Assembly: GCA_010093605.1 (NCBI GenBank)
Contig: MU004182.1
Span: 2,775,195 to 2,839,194 of the forward strand
DNA: 64,000 nucleotides
Direction: 5' to 3'
Source of the DNA: Lophium mytilinum
Taxonomy: Eukaryota
Shown one piece after another: positions 1-12,827 of this stretch. Numbering within the stretch: the first letter of the stretch is position 1; the number at the start of each line of letters is the position of its first letter. The notes under the pieces are model-generated. The model had not been told where the DNA came from and ran no database searches. It saw nothing but the letters and a program-made list of their open reading frames with translations. A program made the position numbers and the translations under genes.

Positions 1-91
1 TACATTGTTTACAGATCAAATATCTTATATCAACCTTCTTTTGCCTATATTTCCCCAGATACAAACCTCTTACACACTTCGTAGTCACAGA

Positions 92-1018
92 ATGTCATTT
101 ACACGGGATGAAAGCCCCCCATTCGTTTCCCTTGCAACTCTTAAATCCGAGTTCAAGACTTATCAAAAGAATTGGCGATGCTCGACTTTCTCCACTCAGC
201 TCCGCTCTCTCCTGATATCCCGCCTCGAGGAATGGAACATCGACCAAGCGATTGTCATTGGCCTCGGTTGTGTTGACATGATACCCACTTACAGTCACCT
301 CAAGGGCACGGAAGAGGACTACAACGAGTGGCGTAAGAAGATCCTCTGCCAAGTGATGGTCTTCGTCGAAGTTGTTAACATCCTATCTAGGGCACAAAAT
401 GGCCGTCCAATTACGATGTTCGCCAGCGACCCTACATTCGATGATCTCGACGAGTTTTATCTCGCTCGGTTGAACATCACCGTCATTGAAAAGGCAGAGG
501 AGCGTGTTACCCCCACCACATTCGTTTTCAGCCCGTTCGCCCCGTGGCCTGTAGCCCTCGACGCTGTGCGCCGCTCACCGGAGCTCTATCTAGGTACCAG
601 CTGGACTAGGGTCTTGGAGGCAAGACCGCCACGATCACGTCGGCGTAGAAAGAGGCGGCATCGAGACTGCTATATGAACGATGAGCAACGTGCTGACTGT
701 CATAGATACTTAGAGAGCCGTATAGAGAACACATTTCCCGGCCTCGAAACCTACCAGCACCCATCGGTACATATGACACCTCCGAAGGAGCTCTTAGAGA
801 AGAGTGCTGAGCTGGCGAATCTAACTGGGCGCGGACTTGCTGGGCTCTTCCAGTTTCTCTGGCCGAAGCCGAAGCCCTTCCAGGAGGAAGATGATTCAGA
901 CTCCCAGGAGGGAGAGAAATCAAACTCCCAAGAGGAAGAGCAATCAGACTCCCAAGAGGAAGAGCAATCAGACTTCCAGGAGGAAAAGGAATTCGACTCT
1001 CAGGCGAGTCAAACATAA
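92..1018 (+). CDS. SRR1-like domain protein with an acidic repetitive C-terminal tail
   Basis: Motifs IVIGLG, ILCQ..VF, ASDPTFDDLD..YL..L.ITV and TFVFSPFAP resemble fungal SRR1-domain proteins. ATG at 92 is preferred over ATG at 5. Confidence 0.6.
   Translation: MSFTRDESPPFVSLATLKSEFKTYQKNWRCSTFSTQLRSLLISRLEEWNIDQAIVIGLGCVDMIPTYSHLKGTEEDYNEWRKKILCQVMVFVEVVNILSRAQNGRPITMFASDPTFDDLDEFYLARLNITVIEKAEERVTPTTFVFSPFAPWPVALDAVRRSPELYLGTSWTRVLEARPPRSRRRRKRRHRDCYMNDEQRADCHRYLESRIENTFPGLETYQHPSVHMTPPKELLEKSAELANLTGRGLAGLFQFLWPKPKPFQEEDDSDSQEGEKSNSQEEEQSDSQEEEQSDFQEEKEFDSQASQT
878..1004 (+). repeat. 24-bp coding tandem repeat, about 5 copies (SQEEEQSD-like)
   Basis: Units ttccaggaggaagatgattcagac / tcccaggagggagagaaatcaaac / tcccaagaggaagagcaatcagac x2 / ttccaggaggaaaaggaattcgac. 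Confidence 0.9.
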
Positions 1019-1316
1019 CAGATAGATACGTTTCTCTGGTAAGACTGTATGCAATCAGATAGCTGTTTTCGCTCCAGTTACTCTTCAGTAGTCTTAGTTA
1101 TTCACTTCCATGTTTTACAGCAAAGAGATCTTGCAAAGCACACTAACCGTCGCCATTGTATTCACCCTGTTGCTCCTTGAAGAACCAGGCTACCTATATC
1201 TTTCAACGTCGGTGGATTCAATCCACCATCCTTCATCCTCTCCTTGCCACGCCCACCACCACAATACCACCACAAGAACAGACCCGTGACCCGTAAGAGT
1301 CTGACGGGGCTACCTT

Positions 1317-2390
1317 ATGTCGGCTCATTTAAATGACCCTACATACTGGGCAAGAGAACGAGTTTGCGCAGGAAACTTTCAGGACTTCCTATCCGCGCAG
1401 GTTGCGCAATTGTTCAACAATGTTGAAAGACTGCCTCGAATCAACCTCGTTGGGAATCTGATTCAGACGTGGTCATGTCAAGGAAAAAAGTTCAATGACG
1501 TTGTCTCCCGATGTGCCAGAACTCCCGACTGCGCTCTAACGGACGACGAAAAGTGGTTCGTCGTCGCCCATGGAAGATTCAAGCTGCTGCAACAAATGAG
1601 AAGCTTGAAGCAATGGAATCAACCGAGGACTCCCATCGTAGAATTCATCCAATTCCAAGTGAAGCGGCTCGAGACAAACGTCAGGCTAGCTCGTATCTAC
1701 TTTTCGGACTGGGTGGCGAAGGTTCCGGGCATGGAAGGGCTTGGCATGAAGGATTCGCTTTTGGTACTATACCATATGCTTCAACGACAGGTGGACGCAA
1801 ATATTGCTTTGTTACGCATACATGGAACGATCTGCGAGGTGGCGGCTGTGAGTGCCCTATACTCCGTGGGCCATCGCGACGGAATACTGGAGAAAATGGA
1901 GGACGATGGCGATGGACAGATGGAAATCGACTACGATGGCAGATGCCCTGTCTGTTACGAACATTACGGGGACTCCGTCCACGCCATGAAGCTGAAAAGA
2001 TGCGGTCACGTCTACTGCCGCACGTGCTTGATGAAGCAGTTCGACGTTTCGGCGGGACGGCCTCGTACATGTGGTCTGTGTCGGGTTACCTTACTCCCGA
2101 GTCGCGAACGTTCACTTGTCGTTCTGGTGGAAACTGCTATGGTTCGGGTTTACAGGATGAAGCGCTTGGCTAAGAATCTATGGTGCCTCGCAATGGAAGC
2201 GTACGGGCCTCAGTCAGAGCTCAGAAATGAGGCGATGAAGGTCAAAGAGGCTATCGAAGAGCTTGATCAACTCGGTATGACATGGGGTCATGGCTCTATT
2301 GCCGCAGCTGGAGCTCGTCTGGCGGTTTGGGAGGCGGAGAGAGAGGCACAAATGGACGACATGGGCTGCCCTGTCGTATCCATACGTTAG
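1317..2390 (+). CDS. RING finger (C3HC4) protein, putative E3 ligase
   Basis: CPVC...LKRCGHVYCRTC...CGLCR in a 357-aa intronless ORF. Confidence 0.8.
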   Translation: MSAHLNDPTYWARERVCAGNFQDFLSAQVAQLFNNVERLPRINLVGNLIQTWSCQGKKFNDVVSRCARTPDCALTDDEKWFVVAHGRFKLLQQMRSLKQWNQPRTPIVEFIQFQVKRLETNVRLARIYFSDWVAKVPGMEGLGMKDSLLVLYHMLQRQVDANIALLRIHGTICEVAAVSALYSVGHRDGILEKMEDDGDGQMEIDYDGRCPVCYEHYGDSVHAMKLKRCGHVYCRTCLMKQFDVSAGRPRTCGLCRVTLLPSRERSLVVLVETAMVRVYRMKRLAKNLWCLAMEAYGPQSELRNEAMKVKEAIEELDQLGMTWGHGSIAAAGARLAVWEAEREAQMDDMGCPVVSIR

Positions 2391-3630
2391 GAGGTGGTAC
2401 TTGCAGCAAACGTCTTCGATATCTGTCTCTGTGCTTTAAGTTTAGAGTATCATTGGTCCTGAAACAGTTCTAGAGGATGTTTTAGCAGATTTTTCTTACT
2501 CTTAGAATCAACAACTCTGTCAAGAAGCTTGGATTCCGCCTTTAGGATAGCTCTCTGAATTTTTTTCTAGAATGTGCATTGACACTATAACTATAGAAGG
2601 AAAATTCATATGCGGAAACCTACTATTCTAGCGACCGATTCGATCCCCTAGGAAAGCGTAAGCCTTTAGCTCAGACAAGTTTCCAGAGCGATGGCCCCCT
2701 TTGAGCGGCGTTTTGTATATGACTGAGACAGAGAGCTACGCCAACGGGATGGCTAGCAGGGAGTGATTATACTATCGTGATTTTATGGGAGATTCACTTC
2801 ACGATCGCAATCGGTGACGATCAGCCTTTGATTGTGGTTACGTGCCCGCATTGCTGCCACCGCGATTCTATGGGATATTCGGTACGCCACTATAGTAGCG
2901 CATACTAAAAGAATTATGTTGAACCCTCTGAATCCTGTTACATATATGCGATACGTGATTCGCCCACTTGTAAGCTTAAGACATGGATAAAACACCAGTA
3001 CGAGTCGAAGGTCATTCATGAACAAAAGGTAGAAGAGCATTCGTTGACCAGTAAAGAAAATTTCACAGTACCTCGTCTCTGTAGATATGCTTTCCCGATC
3101 CACATCCGCGTCTAACATAACGCGTAAAAGGCGACGAGGTCCTGGGGGCCCGAGACAAGCTTCATTCGTAGGCTTGCCAATAAGAAAACTTTCATTCAAA
3201 AACGGATAGGACATTGAACAGACACACTCAAAGAAGCAAAAAGAAACCAGCGAAATAGATGACACTTTTTGAAGCTTGAGTTGCGGAAGATGAGGAAAGA
3301 CGATGAGCAACCACACGCCGGCTATCCACGTATTACCGAGTCAAAACCGACAGCGTATCTCAGACTAGCCGGAAGAAATCCAAATATCACGTCGTCATTG
3401 CCGGGCCCTTTCAGCCTCTGTTCAACTTTCAAATTGCGGCAACTCGGTAGAATGGGTAGAAGAGGCGGTCCACCCCTCGGCAAAAACTCCCGGCCCCAGA
3501 TCTTCACACGCGTGTCACGTGCACTCGCGACCGCTCATATGCTCTTAGTCCTCCGCTCTTAGTAGAATGTTGCACAGTTTTCGAAGTCAGCTAAACCCAA
3601 AATTATTCATCTTGTAAAAGCTGCAAAAAA

Positions 3631-4986
3631 ATGGCCTTCGTCACAGCTCTCACGGAAGGCTTGGGAATCGAGAGTATGTTCTTCGACATCGGGCGCAAAA
3701 TGAGCTCCAAAGAGCTAATCACTATTGACAGTCCCGGTTATCCAAGCTGGCATGCAATGGGTTGGCTACGCAGAGCTATCATCCGCCGTGTCGAATGCCG
3801 GTGGCCTCGGAATCGTAAGTTCAAGGCAAGGGCACACTGTGAACCAATCCCCGCGAAAGTATTGACGTTATCCATACAGCTAACCGGATTAACCCAACCG
3901 ACGCCTGGTAAAAACTCCAAATCCCAAGAAAGCTATGTACTGGAGGTTCTGATAGAACTATAGAGGATCTGCGGAAGGAGATTCGCAAATGCCGCTCCAT
4001 GACGAACAAGCCAGTGCGTTCTCCCAAACCACAAACTCGATAGCATCACTGAAACCCCCAGTTCGGCGTCAACCTGACCCTCCTTCCCGCCATAAATCCC
4101 CCGGATTACGCTGCGTACGCCCGCGTCATCATTGAGGAAGGCGTGAAAATCGGTACCAAGTCCCCCGTCTTTCTCCCCACCATCTAATTCTCATCCATCT
4201 CCTCCATAGTCGAAACCGCAGGCTACAGCCCCGGCGCCATAATCAAGTTCCTGAAAACCGCCAACATCAAGATCCTGCACAAGTGCACCACAGTCCGGCA
4301 CGCCCTCTCCGCGGAGAAACTAGGTGTCGACTTCATCTCCATGGACGGCTTCGAAGCCGCTGGCCACATTGGCGACACCGATATTCCCAACATGGTGTTG
4401 CTCCGACGCGCCGCACAGTCCCTCCACATTCCGTTCATTGCTTCCGGTGGTTTTGCCGATGGCCAGGGCCTGGCCGCCGCGTTGGGATTGGGTGCATGTG
4501 GGATTAATATGGGGACAAGGTTTATGAGCACGGTGGAGAGTCCGATTCACATCAACGTCAAGAGAGCGATTGTGGAAGGGAAGGAAGAGGATACAGAGTT
4601 GTTGCTGCGGAAGTGGAAAAATACGAGTCGGTTGTATAAGAATGGGGTGGCGATTGAGGCGAAGAAGATTGAGTCGGAGCAGGCGGGGAGCGAGTTCAAG
4701 GATGTGCAGCATCTTGTTGCTGGGGCGAGGGGGAAGAGGGTGTTTATTGATGGGGACGTTAACGCTGGAGTGAGTCGTTTGATCTTGCGTGCAAGCGCTT
4801 GCGAGTCTGACCAGTGTGGGAAGATGCTAACGTGTATATTTCCTTTAGGTCTGGACGGTTGGCCCAGTACTTGGCGTCGTTCAAGATATCCCAACTTGTG
4901 AGGTTCTCTTGAAACGCATCGAACAAGAAGCTTTAGAGACAATCGCAAAGCTTAATCAGCTTTCCAAGGTGGGGAGCAAACTATAG
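3631..4986 (+). CDS. Nitronate monooxygenase / 2-nitropropane dioxygenase-like flavoprotein, multi-exon, C-terminal SKL
   Basis: MAFVTALTEGLGI start; MDGFEAAGH, IPFIASGGFADG.GLAAAL.LGA.GINMGTRF. The last exon reads VWTVGPVLGVVQDIPTC...VGSKL*. Confidence 0.9.
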
Positions 4987-5052
4987 ATTTCTTTGATCGC
5001 TTTTCGAGGTTTAATATGAATGAGAGCAATCCTGATACGCAGAATTTGTAAA

Positions 5053-7989
5053 TTATGTACGGGTCGTTTCTGGTGATATCATCCACTCGTCGCCAAGAAA
5101 CATCGTGTCAACCCAGTTTGTTGAGTGATCGAATAGCGCATCGACATTTTCCTGCATTTTCTCTCCCACAGACCCGGAGCACATCGGTGACCCAAGATCT
5201 CCTAGCGGTGATTGGCCAATCATTCGAGTGGATGGGAAACTCATTGCATCCACGAAACGATCTGTCATGGATATCGCTGAGCTAAACGCGGGAGCAAAGC
5301 TATTGCCATTACCTCTGCCACGAGCCATGCAATCTGTTCCGGTATTGTGGTATTGAGAGTCCTGGTTCGTATCGCTTGCTTCTGCGACAGGCCGCGAAGT
5401 ATTTTCAAAGTCGCCCATAGTGATGCGGTAAAGTGGAAAATGGGTTTGGATATGGTTTTGAGATTGAAGCGCGGCCGGGAAATCGGTGTCATCTGGGAAC
5501 TGTCCCTTGGATAAAGATAGGTCCATCGTCAGAGCGATCCGGAGATAAAGGCCTGGTTGCCGCAATAGAACATCGCCCCAATCATTGACTGCTCTTCGTG
5601 GATTCTTTGGTTCAAGCGAAGATAGTCTCGGGCTATCGCTGTCCTGGAAGATATCTTCATGCTCGTTATTGGAGCGGCGTCTTTGCATTGGCTTCTCGAG
5701 CGACATATAGTCAACTACTTTTCCGATGATCTCAAATACCTCGTCCGTACCATCGTATTGGGCCTGTAAGCCCTTCATCGTCATAGTGTAGATATCGAGG
5801 CGTCGTCTTTTCCTCGCCGATTGGGACTCAGTGGCAGAAAGCTTTACATCTAGCACGTGCAAAACTAGAGGAAGGGCAGCGTACGCGACTCTAGGTTATC
5901 ATTAGATCTAGACCTCCCGCCCTGACATTGAATTCAGCCACTTACACGCTTATTGGAAGATGCTTTGCTAGTTTGAGCTGGATTAGCTCTTTCAAATTCT
6001 CCGTTATGCCGGCGGCAGCCGCTTCCACTCTCGACTTGCTACGGCACATGTGGTTGAAGTGTGATTTCAGTAGATTTGAGCTTGTTATTATCACAAGAAC
6101 TTCGTGATGATGAATAGCCAAGAGTGCCGAGCTGCGCGTCTGGGTTAATAATGTAGAGTGAGGTAGAAGTGGTAGGTATAAAGCTTACTAATAGTACATG
6201 TACATGAGGTTGGTATACAAGATAACGGATTCATGGCTGTCGCTAATGCCGGCTGGGGAGGGGAAGGCTATTGTGGCGTTTTCGAACCAGGCAAGTAATT
6301 GGCCTTTGCAAGATTCAATGCGATTGAGGGATAGTCTGGCCTTCTGCTCTGTTGACGAGCCACAAACAGCATCATTCACGGGATATATTAGCATGATAAC
6401 CTCGGTCAGGGATACCGCAAGGTCGCAAAGGGTCAGCAACAGCTGCACGAGGGAAGCTTTTGTCGACGCATCGTACACCCTTGACCTGAAAATCTCGCTA
6501 TCGAAGTCTTCTTTCGTCGGAGGTTCCAGGCTGAAATCGAAGTCCGCGGAGCTGATATGTAGAGGTCTTCGCACGCCAAGCGGTAATATCCGGTCACGCA
6601 GTATGCAACACCACCATAGTCGTTTGAGAGCACTCTTTCTTTGCGGTTTCAAGCTCATGTTGGAGTGATATCGATGCGCATCTGCATCTTTCGCAAACTG
6701 TATGGCCGTGCTTAGCCAGAAAGTATTCAAGATCTTGTGGTTACGCGTTGATGCGTTGTACGTCATTAGAAGCGCACCCTGGGCGACCGAGACCGAGTCT
6801 CGCTCTCCATTGAAGTCGAAGAGAAGCTACGAGGCGAATGAGCATCATTTGCAAGCTGGAATCTGGGAGGCTATCTGACCTTTGCTCGGCGAAAGTATGC
6901 AGCTCGAGCAGATCGCGTGCTGGTGAAACCGAGTTTGCGAATAGTACCTTGAGGCACAAACTAGATGCTCCGATTAGTACTTCTATGGATCAGGGCAAGT
7001 GTCTCTAACTTACACTGCACGCCGCAAAAAGCATTGCTTGGAAAACAAATAGGGATATCTTCGAATGCTCTGCCAAAACATTGTCACGATTGGTGTAGAC
7101 GTCCCAGAAATCACCCTCGTTTATGATTGGAAGACTTGGATGCACGTGTAGGAAGTATTCTCGCATGAGCTCATCTAGAGCGGGCTGAGTTGGAATGCGA
7201 AAGCAGCTCTGCTTCTCCAGAAAGTTGATATCGTCGGGAGCCATCTGCGTGAGGTTGTTGAGCTTGAGGAACGGGTAGTAGGAAGACATGACATGTGGGT
7301 CAATCGAGTTAGAAGTCCCTGCATAGGGTTGCGCTGGATTATGCGCGTGGACGAAGGGGGCGTTATTTGATGCTGTTTCAACCATGTGGCGTCAGAATCT
7401 TGCAAGTACCCTTATGGTCTCTTCACTAACCTTCATCGAAGAAACTTATGGCTTGAGGCCCCTCTCTGGTCTCGGACTGCGCTGGAGAATCCCAGTTGAG
7501 GTCCCGTACTGCCTGATCAGAAGGATTGTCGTGATGGCTTGCCGTATTCAGCCCAATGGAAGCATCCAAATCAGGGAGTATGTCCTCAGCATTCGTTGGC
7601 TGGTATGGGGGCTCTTGATCGAGCAAGGCGGGAGGTGGGACTTGAGATGAGACTTGCGGCGCATTGGATGGGATGGTGGTTGGCAATGTAGCCCGTGGGG
7701 ATGGGTCCGACTGTGGTCCATTGCGGCTCTTGGTGATACGGCTAGACAACACGAAGCTTGAATCAGTTTCTGCCAGACATGAGAGATTCCACACAAAGTC
7801 TTCCACTCACTATCTTGTAGGTCTCGGCTTGACAACGCAGACCTGCTGATCGAGAGAGCAATTGGTACAAGTCCCTTCCCGTTGCGATATGTCGCAGCGT
7901 ACTTTTCGAGCACGACATGCGAGGCAGGCTTTCGAGGCTCGTTTTCGAGAGCGAGGAGGAGGGTTCGCCCTGGATTGATCGTCTGCCAT
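5053..7989 (-). CDS. Zn(II)2Cys6 transcription factor with fungal-specific TF domain, Ctf1beta/FarB-like, multi-exon
   Basis: RKRASKACLACRARKVRCD...CTNCSLDQQVC; YFLHVHPSLP; KRLWWCCILRDRILPLGVRRP. Confidence 0.9.
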
Positions 7990-8564
7990 GATGATTGATG
8001 ATGTAAACGTGGTAGTCGAAGGTAGGTAGGTATGTGGTATATCAATATGGCTTCCGCACACCATGCTCAAAGCTCATCGTTCTCAAGGGGCCTGCAGGAA
8101 CGGAGGACACAACATGATGGGAGGAAAGGATCCACCGGATAGGAATGGATCTGGCCCTGGCATGGTGGCGGCTTTTGCGGGGGTGGTGGTGCGGAGGTGG
8201 AGTGCGGAGGTTGTATGTGGAGAGTCATATGAAATCGCTCCGAAGCTCTGGACGAGTCAGGGGGTGGCTCTTTGTGGCTTAGTCGCTGTATCATCATACC
8301 AAGCGTTCAATATCAACCTCTCTGAAAACGTAGACGTCTCTATCTATTAATTCTTCACATATCCACGCAAAAGTATTTACATTCTCTACTGTTCCTGCAC
8401 CCCATATTTCGTATTGCTCGAACGCCTCCATTCTGGGGGCAAACGTAGGTTCGGCCGATCCTTGCACTACTCGGTAGAAATTTCGCCCTCGGCTGAAACT
8501 CTCGACACCAACAGCATCCTTTGGATTACAATCAGAACTCAGTCGAGCACATTCTGATCACATG

Positions 8565-10554
8565 CTACAGATGAGCCTTCTCCTTTATCGTTTTGGAGCT
8601 GTAGGGGTCCTTGATCATGCGCCTCAGAATCTTGCCCGATGGAGACTTCGGAATCGCCTGCGTGAACACGACCCCACCAGTCAGTCGTTTATGGGCCGAA
8701 AGCCTGCCTTCCATGAACTTGAGTATGGACGTTGCTGTTGGGCTCTCTTTGCTTGGTACTATGTGAGCTTGGGGATGTTCTTGTCCGTCCCTACATGCTA
8801 TTAGCATACGAATCTTCCCATCATTGGATAATGTGAAGTTACCTCTCAACACGGATCACCGCGCAGTCTTTCACTTCGTCGCATTCCAGCAGATGCGCTT
8901 CGAGTTCTGATGGTGCGACTTGGAATCCCTTCACCTTGATCAATTCCTGCAACAGCGTTAGCGAGCATCTTTCAGCGCTCTCCCAAGCAACAAACCTTCT
9001 TGCGATCAACCACACTAAATAGTCCGTTCGGCTGAACAACCACATAATCACCCGTCTTCAACCAGCCATCTTCAGTCCACGCCTCCTTCGTAGCCGCTTC
9101 ATTGCGATGGTAACCCCGAAAGACGTTCGGCCCTCGAATCAGCGCCTCTCCTTCCTCGCCATACCCAACCTCATTTCCCTCGTCCGTAACGATCTTCGCT
9201 TGCATGTTCGCGACCAGATATCCCACCCCGGAGTGGGTAGGATCATACTCATCAGGTGCGAAGAGAGTCACTGAGCAGGTCGCTTCGGTCATGCCCCAGC
9301 CTTGTCTTGTTCGTGCCCCATTCGCAGAAAAGACTTTCTCCAGCTGGGTTGAGGTTTCTTTGCCGAGAGGTGCTGCGCCGCAAAGGAGGAACTTAACACT
9401 AGATAGATCGTACCCGGATAATAAGGGACTTTTGATCAGCAGAACGGCGACTGGTGGGACTACTAGGAGGTATGTGACGCGGCATTGCTGTATCGCTTCG
9501 AGCAGTGACGGGAGACTGAATTTCGACATGATCACGGTGGTGCAGTCGCGTCGGACATTCAAGACGCAGAACTGGAATAGACCCACTACAAGTTCAGTCA
9601 GCCATGCGCCAGGTTTCTTGGGGCACAGGTCGTTTCGAGATCCACTCACTCGCATGATACAGCGGTACGTATGCGCAATGAACGTCTCGTGTCGCATACG
9701 TCGGGTCTGAGTTCCTTACTCTTGCCAGCTCGTCGAGGTGCATTGACTGCTCGGCATTCGCGATCAAGTTATGATGGGTGACCATGCAGGCTTTAGGAGG
9801 TCCCGTGGTACCGCTGCTGAAGTTCAAAACTGCCGTTCTACCGCTCCGTCAGCGTATGCTCGAAGATAGCATCGGGAGAGCCGAAACCTTTTCGAAATCG
9901 TCTCAAGATCGTTTATTTTCTCCCATTGAAGCTCGCCATGATTTAGAAGCTCCGAAAGAACAGGTACGCCCGCTTTCGGAGAAATGCCTTCTCCGCCATC
10001 AATCAAGAAGATCTTCTCGCACGGAGTTCGCGCAACTTTTGCTGCTTCAAGCACAGCGGGAAGTCTTTCTCGATCGGTGAAGATGACCTTCGCCGAGCAG
10101 TTATTGAGTTGATGGGTCAATTCCGAGACTGTATAGGATGGATTCGCGCCTGTAAAGATTCCTCCTGCGCACAGTGTTCCTAGAATTATGGCTGGGTACC
10201 AGATCTGAAGCAGTAATAAGCTTCAAGTCTGCGATTGGGATATGATTCTCTAGTCTCACCGAGTTCTCCGCGCATACGAGCACAACATCTTCACGCTGTA
10301 AACCGCATGCCTCCTTTAATCCACTCCCAATCTTTTTAACCACAGTCTCAAGTTCTGGTTTCGTGAAGTTTTGCGCGGGGTTCTCAGCGTTGACGAACGA
10401 GGGAAGACCGGTCGAATTGGTAGTTGGATCTGGATTCAACACTCAACGTCAGCAGTCTGCCAAATCATTAGGACGTGATAATGAGCCTACCGAATATATA
10501 GGATAGGATATCCACAGGAGGAATCTCGATAGTGTACTTGGAAGAGATGACCAT
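8565..10554 (-). CDS. 4-coumarate:CoA ligase-like / phenylacetyl-CoA ligase-like AMP-binding enzyme, C-terminal AHL
   Basis: FSSGTTGPPK, QGWGMTE, GWLKTGD, ELIKVKGFQVAPSELE, IPKSPSGKILRR. First exon MVISSKYTIEIPPVDILSYIF. Confidence 0.92.
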
Positions 10555-10914
10555 GATGAACGACTTGCCCTTACGACATCAGCCGCAGAGCCAGGCTTGA
10601 TATTCCCCAGCCATGGCCGCGAGATGACCTAACGAACCGGCACTGTTGATCATCGTGATTTGATCTGACCCGACCCGCTAAGCAGCCGAAGTGTCAAGGC
10701 AAGAGTTTCGTGCCGATACCGAGCTTGAAAATGCAACCCACTTTTTCCGCGGCACGGCATAACGCTACCCCAGGAACCGTAGGAGAGATGGTGATGTTTC
10801 CCCATGGTACGATAGACTACGCCCTGGGGCCTCAAGCCATGGTTCAAGGTCTTTGCAAGTTCCATTTGAGCCACTCCAAGCCCGTCCAAACACTCCAACT
10901 TTACAAGGCGCGAA

Positions 10915-12617
10915 ATGTCTCAAATCTTCTCACTCTCAGAAGTCGCAACTCACAACACCAAAGACTCACTCTGGTGCATCATAGACTCCCGCGTCTATGA
11001 CCTAACCGACTTCCTCGAATCCCACCCCGGCGGAGAATTCGTGCTGCTCCAAGGCGGCGGGAAAGATGCTACTACCGACTTCTACAACCTGCATCGCCAA
11101 GCCGTGCTTGAAAGGTACTCCAAGCTATGCATCGGGACCGTCAAGAACGAAGAACCGCAAGTTATCAGACACCACCCAGGCGATCTAAGCACAGTCCCCT
11201 ACGCAGAGCCAGCATGGTTGACGCCGCAATTCGAGAGCCCGTACTACAACGAGTCGCATCGGCGGCTGCAGAAAGCGATGCGAGTGTTCACAGATACCTG
11301 GGTTACGCCGGAAGCGCAAGAGAAGGAGATTAGTGGGGAGAGGATTAGTCTGGGGTTGATTCAACGGATGGCGTATGTCCCAAAAAGGATCGAACGTCTT
11401 GGCCTTTTGCTAATGATTGTTCTATAGGGACGCAAATATCCTTGGAATGCGCGTCGGACCCGGACCGCATCTTCACGGGCGCTCAATCCTCAATGGCGTG
11501 CTTCGGGGGGAGGACTTCGACTATTTTCATGATCTCATCGTTTCGCAGGAGCTTGTCCGAGCTAACGCACGTGGGTTTTGGGATGGGAATATGGTCGGCA
11601 TGACTATTTCCTTGACTGCGGTACTCCAGCACGCGAGTCCCGATTTGAATGAAGAAGTCCAACGGGATTGCTTGAGTGGAAAGAAGACCATCTGCTTAGC
11701 AGTCTCTGAGGCATTCGCAGGCAGCGACGTTTCGAACATACGTACCGTAGCGGAGAAGACTGCAGATGGTAAATTCTATGTGGTTAATGGTACGAAGAAA
11801 TGGATTACGAATGGAACATGGTGTGACTATTTTGTCACGGCGGTCAACACTGGCAATGGTCTCTCGGTGCTTTTGATCCATCGAAGCGAGGGACTGGAAA
11901 CGAAAGCCATAAAGACGTCGTATTCGCCAGCAGCGGGCACAGCTTTCGTTACGTTCGCCGATGTCAAGGTACCGGTTCGAAATCTTCTCGGGGAAGAAGG
12001 AAAAGGATTGAAGGTTATCTTGAGCAACTTCAATCACGAAAGATGGATGGTGACATGTGCGGGAGTGCGCATGTCGAGAATAGTGGTGGAGCAGTGTCTG
12101 AAGTGGAGTAATCAAAGGCTTGTCTTCGGTAAGAGGCTTGTCGAGCAACCTGTGATAAGGGCAAAGTGAGTAAAACTGTGAGGTCCGGAGTATGAAGATG
12201 TATCATGCTAATATCCGTAGACTCGCAAAGATGATCTCCCTCGTCGAGGCTATGCAAGCGTGGCTCGAGCATACGACGTTTCAAATGACGAGGATGTCTC
12301 ATTCATCGCAAAACGAGCACCTCGCTGGGCCTATCGGACTGCTGAAGATGTACTGTTCTCGCTGTGCTCACGAGATTGCCGAACTTGCAGTCCATGTATT
12401 CGGAGGAAGGTCATTAACGCAGACCGGGATGGGAAGTGTCATCGAGATGTTCCATCGTACTACGGAGTTCGACGCGATTCTAGGTGGTTCCGAAGATATC
12501 ATTGGTAAGTGAAGTCCTTGTGGATTCGTCTGTAAGCGGCGAAGAGCACTGATCTTTTCCACAGGTGACATGGCTGTTCGACAAGCCATGAAAAAGTTCC
12601 CGAAGGCCATGCTCTAG
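10915..12617 (+). CDS. Cytochrome b5 / acyl-CoA dehydrogenase fusion, multi-exon
   Basis: N-terminal HPGG heme-binding b5 domain; CLAVSEAFAGSDV, NGTKKWITNG, NFNHERW, ILGGSE. Ends KKFPKAML*. Confidence 0.92.
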
Positions 12618-12827
12618 CGAGTTCGGAGCCACCCGATACTGCGTTGGGTTGGCCTATTGGGGATCATGACTGTCTATTCGGTTCAGGTGCATAAATTCGA
12701 GACTTATACTGTACATAAAGACACGTGGAAACTTGTAAAACATCCAGGTAGTTGAGTAGTCATCAGGCACTTCAACCAAAAATTGGCTAGGTGACTTGCG
12801 GACCAAAACTGTACAAATACAACGCTC

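Noticed and set aside
2783..3562. ORFs of 177, 97 and 61 aa upstream of the NMO-like gene
   Set aside because: No recognisable motifs; likely chance ORFs in intergenic/promoter DNA.
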